From: Octopus sinensis | Taxonomy: Eukaryota | Direction: 5' to 3' | Length of the DNA: 64,000 bases | Assembly (NCBI RefSeq): GCF_006345805.1 | Contig: NC_042999.1 | Coordinates: forward strand, 62,496,001 to 62,560,000 | Part shown: positions 54,101 to 62,850 of the stretch, piece after piece | How positions within the stretch are numbered: the stretch's first letter is position 1 | Layout of the letters: each line of letters starts with the position of its first letter | Program-made: the position numbers and the translations under genes | The notes under the pieces: generated by a model | What the model was told of the DNA's origin: nothing | Databases searched by the model: none | What the model saw: the letters and a program-made list of their open reading frames with translations, nothing else

Positions 54101-57100
54101 ACTCAGGAAGGATCTACCCCAACTCTTTCTCGATTAGATGGCAGTGATCATTATTTGTTTAATTTAGAGTCCTACAGAGATGCACTTCTGTTCTTCAGCA
54201 ACAGAAAGGCATCTCTGAATTAACTAGACCTAAAGTTTTGTCTGATGCTCATTTTTGTCTAGGAAAATGTGACAGAAATGTGCTTTTTCTGTCACTTATT
54301 TGTCCTTATTTAATAGTTTTTGCAATAAATATCACCACAATATGTGATGATCTCTTCTTTTTGTAATCAACACAGATTACAATGTTTAGAATCAATATTC
54401 TATCAATTGATATGTCACCATAGTCTGGAAATAAGTTCTTATGCCATTTAAGGACATACAAAATGTTTATGTTGTTTTGGTGATATTTTGCATTTTTTAT
54501 GCAAATATGTCACAATAAGTCAATCTTGTACAACTAGATTTAACGTAATTCCTACTTTCAACTACTTTTCTTTAGTATTCCTGAATTGAGGCTTCAAATT
54601 CATCAGATGTAAAAATCTCTGCCCATCAATACAGTCATACTACTTTTGTCACTTTTTATAAAATTACAATTAATTTAAATAGGATTTCCTAAGCCAAACT
54701 TGCGGCATCTTTTGCATGAAATTGAATTTATATGATGAAATCATTTCAATTTTTTTTTTTTTTCTCACTTTAGAAAATAACCTCCAGAATTATGTTGCTT
54801 GAATAGCATCTTGAACTTCCTTTATGAGTCTTACAGAAATATTTCATTATTCCTTTCAAGATATTCCAGCCGATTTATTAAAACACACACCCACACACAC
54901 ACATATTACCATTTGTCGCAAGAAGCTGTTAATATTGTTTTCTTGCAGAGACAGAATATTTCGTTGATACTCTTTTCAGTGGTTAAGAAATGCAAATGAA
55001 GTAAAATGCCTATTCCTAGAAATCAAAATTGAGTTGTAGATTCAGTTCACTGGAACTTTAATTCAACTACATTGTCCTTGCCAACATTAACTATAAACAT
55101 TATTGATATTTGTCTTTGACCGGGGTGTATTCTCATCTGAGCAGAAGCACTGCATGTCAGAGTGCCTGTTCAGACAGAAGCAGGATATCTTCATTTAAAC
55201 CTAGTTATTCTTGTGCCTGCCGATGTGCTACAAATATGATCACCATTGACAAACAGCTAAACTAACAGTTCTCATTCCTCTTTTCATCTGACACACATCA
55301 GACCCACCCTGTTTTCTTTCTCGATTTCTTTTTCTCTATCTTTCTCTTTAGATCCCATTTATGTGACTGCATATATAACAAAGCGATCTGCAGAACCTTC
55401 ACACTCCTATTTTTCATCAATTTCCATTTGTTTCTTTACAGCTGTTTCTTTGCAATGCAATCTGCTACTCCTACTTTCTATATTCCCTACCAGAAACCTT
55501 TCCCATCTTTCTCAGATCTCTTTTCATATCTTTCAAAATTGTTATACAACCTACCATTAGAATCTTCCACTTCTGCAACCTTACTTCACTCTAGATGTCA
55601 TATTTTTCTCTCTACCTTCTAGCACTACCTTTATATTCAGCCTAAGAATCCCAATTCTATGTTAATCACCATCCTGACTGCACCTCCATAAACTGCATCT
55701 GTTAGCAATTTAGCATGTAAATCTAACGTTAACTCCATTTAAATGGAGTGCAGTGTAAATTATCATTTCAGTGAACATCTTGAAGTCATGAACATTGCTT
55801 GGGAGCTCTCTAAGCCAGTGAACCAGCTCTTCATTTTGTCAATTTGTCAGACTAATTCAACAACCACAGTTCAGTTTGTGATATCATCTTATTTTATTAA
55901 TATTAATCTACCTACACAGGAAAAATCTTTTCACCTGTACTCTTTACTTTTCTTCACCTGTCAGAATCAATAAACTCATTTGTCTTCTCTTTAATATCAC
56001 CCTCTTACTCCCATTTTTTTCTCTTGTTCTTTTCTTTAGTATCTCATTTTCACCTTTACATCTTAATTTTAAAGTTTTCTTACTTTGGCACTTTCATTTT
56101 ATCTCTACTTTGTCTGATCTAACTTTCCTTTCATATTTTACTATTTTTATCATGCCTCATTTTATATGCCTCTTATGACTAGATGTTGATCTCTCATCCA
56201 TTTCATGCATCATCTCTTCCTACCTCTCTCATCATTCCCCAGTTTCAACCACCTCTCTCGATATATATTTTTCTTTTCTCCTCCTCCCTGTCATCATTCA
56301 TAATTCCCCTCAACTATATTACTTCTTTATAAAGATTCCCTTTTCTCATTCTCCAAAAAGAATTAAAATTCTTTTCTCTTTACAAAACACAAACTTACCC
56401 ATTTTTATTAACTTTACAGTACTCATTATACCCATCAACATCAAGTTTTAGTGTTTATAAGCAACATCAAGTTTTAGTGTTTATAAGTATTTCATTCTGA
56501 CTAACTTGCACGGAACAATAAAAGTATGGGATTTTTTCAAGAAATCAGCTATATGTTTGTCCCCTTTCATGGATAAAAGTAGATCAAATGGAAAAATTAA
56601 AGAACTTGTAGAGAAATATTTAATTCAATAAAATAAATACTTATAACTTTTACTTTAAATTAGGTCTGAAGAATACGAACTGGCCAGTCTTTGCTCCCAG
56701 AAAGTTTGTTACTGTTTAACTTTATTTTTCTTTTTTAAGATTTTGGGGGTACTGACGGAAATATAAAACAAAAATTATTGTTATTATTTATAATGTTTTC
56801 CTTCAGCAACGAATATTTATCAATACATTTATTTTGTTCTTAAAAGAGCCAAACCAATTAGAGAACTGAAAATTGTATTTGTTTTATTTCATTGTAGTGT
56901 TTGTTGTTCTATCAAGCTGTTATTGTATTATTTGTGCATGCTTGCATGGATTATTTGTGCATTTAATTGTAATTTCCTTCAAATTCACCCATGTGTCTTA
57001 AATTAATCAACTTCTGCTAATTACTTTGACTATACCACCTGAATATAACTGATTTTTCATCGTTATATTTATATAGTTATTGCCAGAGATGAACTTGATG

Positions 57101-58719
57101 ATCACCGCAAACATAGCCATCCTGAAGGGGGATCCCTTGTTGTTCCTGAGAAAGGAACACGACAGAGATCTCGGTCACCGGTTGAAGATATGAATCATGG
57201 ATCCTCTCGGACTACTCGATCTCCAGCCCGTCACCAAGTGCCTGAGACATTGTCAAGGTCATTATCTCCCCATAGTTCCAGGTTTGTTTGTGGCAACACA
57301 TAAAAAACAAATGGATAAGCTTTTAAATATATCTTACCTTGATAAGTTAATATCTATACATATATGACTTCCATTGCTGAGCTAAACTCTTTTAAAAATA
57401 TTTCAAACTTTTCTAAATGATAAAAATCTAGATAGAACTATTTCTTTATTTTATAACTTTAGATATGTAAAAAAAAATAGTTTTGTTTTGCAGTTCTAGT
57501 TAATAGCTTATCTCAATATAAAAATTTACTGCTAATTTAATGATCACTTATCATTTCTTTATTAACTTCTTAATTAGACATTTGATTATTTTTCATTTCT
57601 CTAAAATACATTTTAAAACCTTAATATGGAGATCTTTTATTTCCTATTGCATAAATTACATTTTGCAATAATAAATGGCTCTAACTTGCTCCATAGACAA
57701 AATCGTGGTATGTCCCCTATACGAGTGCTACCTACCACATCACGGTCTGCTGGAGGCACACCTTCAAGTACACCCTCTCCAAAGAAACGACAGTTACCTT
57801 CAATACCAATTGAAGCACAGATTGCCAGTAGAGATCGAGGTGAGTACATAACACAAGTTATATTTTGAATATACAATGTTTATAGTTTCTTAAGCTTTTT
57901 TTCGTATTCTCTCTCAATCATAGTGAATGGCATTGTTCACTTGCAAGCTCTTTTACTGAGCATCATACAACTAACTGCATGCTTTCTAACCTTGTATTTG
58001 AGTTAGAGGATTATTTAGTATGCATGCAGATAAATCCATCACATTTGCTACATAATTTGCTTTCAATTCAGCATAATAAAACCTCTCTCAAACATATTTC
58101 TTCAACCCCTATCACTCTCAATATAATGTGTACAGGTTATCAAGTAGACATTTTGCAATCGTTCAGCCCAACAAAATAACTAAACCTTACCATGTGCCTG
58201 CTATCAGCTTCATATAGTGCATTTCTTAGCTGGCCCTTATTTTCATGAAGCTCCTCAAAACTTTCTCTTTCTACAGATACCCATCCCAACTTTTAGAAAC
58301 ACATGAGCATGATTGTTGCCAGAGCAACAAGCTGGCCTCCGTGCCGATGACACATAAAAAACACCATCCAAGCATGATCATTACCTGTGTAGGCTTACTG
58401 GCACTTGTGCTGGTGGTACATGAAAAAACATTCAAGCGAGGTCATTGCCAGTGCCGCTGGACTGGCTCCTGTGCAGGTGGCACATAAAAAGCACCATTTG
58501 AGTGTGGCCATTGCCAGTACCGCCTGATTGGCCCTCGTGCCGGTGGCACGTAAAAATACCCACTACATTCTCGGAGTGGTTGGTGTTAGGAAGGGCATCC
58601 AGCTGTAGAAACTCTGCCAGATCAAGATTGGAGTCTGGTGCAGCCATCTGGTTTGCCAGACCTTAGTCAAATCGTCCGACCCATGCTAGCATGGAAAGCG
58701 GACGTTAAACGACGACGAC

Positions 58720-58755
<36 letters not shown>

Positions 58756-61700
58756 GACGATGATGACGACGACGGCGACAGCCTCTCAAATCTCTTAATC
58801 AATAGAAATAGTCGTAAGCAACCAATGCCTTTCCTCATTGTTGATCACTAATATGGCTTTTGTAGAGGTGCATCTGCCAGAAGGTTACTATTTGACATTC
58901 CACACCTGTAGCTTTCCTTCTTGAGATGTGTGACAATGCAATATCATTGCCCTTGATGATAGTAAAGATTTCAACCATGTCTTGTACAAGAACCTTTTAG
59001 TAAAGTGATTCCTTTATCTCTTGGATCAAATGCTTCCTGTCACATTTTACCATCAAAACCATCAATAAACTCTCTCTAAATTACATAATTTATAATCTAA
59101 ATGTCTCAAGCTTCAGCTATGTAATCCACATTGTCTCTTCAGTATCATTTTTCCTTGCAGAAATTAAATTTGTATCCTCTCCAAACTAACCTTTTCTCAT
59201 ATACTTTCTGCCCACCCACCCACCTCTCTCTCTTTCTCTCTCTCCCTCTCTCCTTCCCCTACTTTCATGATTTGATCTACCAGCTATAGATATGTAAAAC
59301 CTCTTTTGGTTTTTACCTATCAGTGTAATAGTAATTTCATGTTACCTAAAATTTTGTCATTCCATCGTTTGTATAACAATAAAAATTTTTTAAATAGCAA
59401 TATTGTAGCAAATGTTTTTAAAGAAATTAAAATTTGTTGATTTTTTTTTTTAGATTTTTGAAGCTTTTAAATGTATAAAATCTAGTATGTTTCTTAGTTA
59501 TATTTCTTTCATTTATTTTTAGTAACACAAGATTTAGAGGAACGTGCTAGACAAATGAAACTAAAAATGAAAATAAATGCTCAACATAGGCATGGAACTG
59601 CCAATCACGGTGCTCCATCTTCAGATAGTGAAATTGCACATCATCATCATCGTAGTCGGTTGCGGGATGGAGATTACAGACATGATCGTTACGACATTCA
59701 TGGTTATCATAGCCGTGGCCGAGATTTAGAAAGAGGACACAGATCTAGGAGAAGAAAAGGTGAGACCTGATTGTTTTTGTATTTAAAACAGCTTTCTAAA
59801 TAAGAAGGGTCAAAGTATTTATTTGATACATTATTTACATTTAACAGATATTTGCCCTCATCTTGTTTGTTGTTAACACGTTTTGACTGATATACCCATC
59901 AAATGTAAATAATGTACATAATTCCTCATCTCTTAAATATAGAACTGTAATTATTTGATCTTCACTTTAGCTTAATTTGGCAGAATCGTTAGCATGCCAG
60001 ACAAAATGCTTGGCAGCATGTCATTCATCTTCATGTTCTGAGTTCAAATTCCACCAAGGTCAACTTTACCTTTCATCCTTGTGGGGTTGTTAAAATAAAT
60101 ATCAATGGAACGCTGGGGCATTGTATTCAACTTGCCCTCCCCTAAAATTAGTGGCTTTGTGCCAAAATTTGAAACTATTATTAGTTTATTTGTCAGAGAT
60201 TTTTCATCACACATTCTGTGACCTCTTCAGGTAGGACAAGAAGAGTTACATGGGACAGAGAATCACAGGAGAGATCTCAGAATCTGTGACAAAAGAACAA
60301 TTACAAATAAACTAATAATAATAATAATGATAAATGGTAATGGTTTTTTGCCACTATAACATGGCTGCTCCATAAAGAACCATGTTACTACATTTTAACC
60401 CCAGGAAAACATATTTTCCAGCTGCTTAACAATATACAACCTGTGTCCAGTATATTGTAAAGTATTTTAGAACTAGCTAATAATAATAAAGCTAAAGTGA
60501 ATGGTAAAAGTACTTTTAATAAATCATCTGAGAATTAGATTTTATTTTTGAATAACTGTTGGCAAAAAATAGGGCAATTTCAACCATTACAGATTAGGGT
60601 ACGAAGACCAGTGCACAAGAAAACCCCTACATGATCACTTGACCTGCATGAAATAGCAGCCAAATCTACCTCACATAACACACTGCTGTCTTGAAAAAGG
60701 AGAATATATTGAATAATATAAACTCCAATATTGAAACAGACAGGATCATCATGATTGGAATGCTTTTCATCATAGGTCTATTTGATCAGCATTGACCTGA
60801 GGCTAAACATAAACAATTAAGGAGGTTTTATAGCTAATTCTAAATGGTAAGCCTTTTAGAACTTAACAAAATAAATAAAAAGATATTATCCAGCTGAGAT
60901 ATCGGTAATGATGTTGGTTATCATTTTACAAATAAAAGCAGTGTGTGCAGGAAGAAAATATATATAGTTATGTTTGCATAACCTTCTCTGTTAGACATAC
61001 CTAAATAGTCAAATTATTATGTTTAGGTGTGAATAAACTGTTAGGTTTCAAAACAGACACTAAACAGGTGTATGTTCACTAGCTACGAGATCAAATAAAG
61101 ACAAACATTCCATTTAGGACCTTCATCATGGAAGATATGTTGGTTATAAAACTACAGTAATTCATCTATTAAACTTAATCTTCTTGAATCTAATCTATTT
61201 TATCTGAGATTTTTTCCTACAGTTATTGTTCTCTACTGCATCTTAGCTTTTTATGTGTTGTTTATAAAGTTATTGTGTCATTAGAAAAGTGCATTTGTAA
61301 TACAGTATAACCATAAGCAGTGATGTTGTTTGCTAATGTGGTAGCCTTTGTTACCTATCAAGTCATTTTGAAAAGCAAAATTCTACTTTGTATTTTTGTA
61401 TCTTTCTATAATGCAGAATTCAGTCCTGATGTGTCTGATGACAATCTGCCCAGTGATGCTTCAGAAACTAGTGATATGTCGGAGGTGTCAAAAGTCAGCA
61501 CCATCAGTATGCGATCAACACAATCTGAACGACCTCATAGGAAATTTAGGTAAGTGTTTAAAATAGGGAACTATTGGTCAATGAAATAACACTTCAAATT
61601 CTGATGCGAGCATTACTATGTATATCAGTTTACTTAACTGAAATGCCTTCCGTTCTCTGCATTCAATCTTTCAGTTATGTTAGGTGGAATTAATAATTGC

Positions 61701-62115
61701 AGTTGCATTTTGTTTTTTAGGTGAAAACATTCATAGCTGGAGCATAAATACATTTGGATGATGTTAGCATGGATACTGTTAAGTTTGAATTTTTGGTGAC
61801 TAGTGGCTGGGGAGTAGAGAAACATTGACTCTAAGGGATTTCTGAAGAAGAGCAGTGGGAAGTGGGTTTAGTATAGAGTTGATCAGGAGGAATAATACAA
61901 AGTGAGCATGGTGGGAAGTCCGTGCATGTAGGAAGGAGCAATATTCATTAAGTTTGGAGTAACAAAGGCCATTTAGTAACACTGTCAACTCTGGTTGGGG
62001 ATAAAGCAATGTAAGTGCTTAATAATAACATTACACTTTTATTTGTTCCAACCACTGGCTGGAACAATTACAAACATCACCATACTGAATGTTTAAATAT
62101 GTGTATGTGTATGTG

Positions 62116-62150
<35 letters not shown>

Positions 62151-62807
62151 TCTTTTACTTGTTTCAGTCATTTGACTGTGGCCATGCTGGAGCACCGCCT
62201 TTAGTCAAGCAAATTGACCCCGGGACTTATTCTTTGTAAGCCTAGTACTTATTTTATCGGTCTCTTTTGCCAAACCACTAAGTTATGGGGATGTAAACAC
62301 ACCAGCATCAGTTGTCAAGTGATGTTGAGGGGATGAACCCAGACACACAAACATATACACGCACATACATATATATATGTATATACATATATACGACGGG
62401 CTTCTTTCAGTTTCCGTCTACCGAAATCCACTCACAAGGCTTTGGTCAGCCCAAGGCTATAGTAGAAGACACTTTCCCAAGGTGCCATGCAGTGGGACTG
62501 AACCCAGAACCATGTAGTTGGTAAGCAAGCTACTTATCACACAGCCACTCCTGCACTTATATATACAAGAAAAAAAAACACCTGCTTCTTCAGATTCTTT
62601 TCCTTATATTTTTACTTGTGCAGTAACTCCCAACTTTACTTTGTTATATATATATATTGTCCGTTTAATTGGAAAATTCTTTATGTGGCTGAAGATTGCT
62701 CGACATTTTAAAACTGATGTAATACTTACAGTGTTTAATAAAATGAAGTAGCATGAAACAATTGTACTACTCTACCTTGGATATCCTTGTTGCTTATTTT
62801 GATTATA

Positions 62808-62850
<43 letters not shown>

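Noticed and set aside
57637-57876. Antisense ORFs overlapping RIM exons (also 47057-47269)
   Set aside because: Shadow ORFs of GC-richer coding exons; no independent splice or homology evidence.
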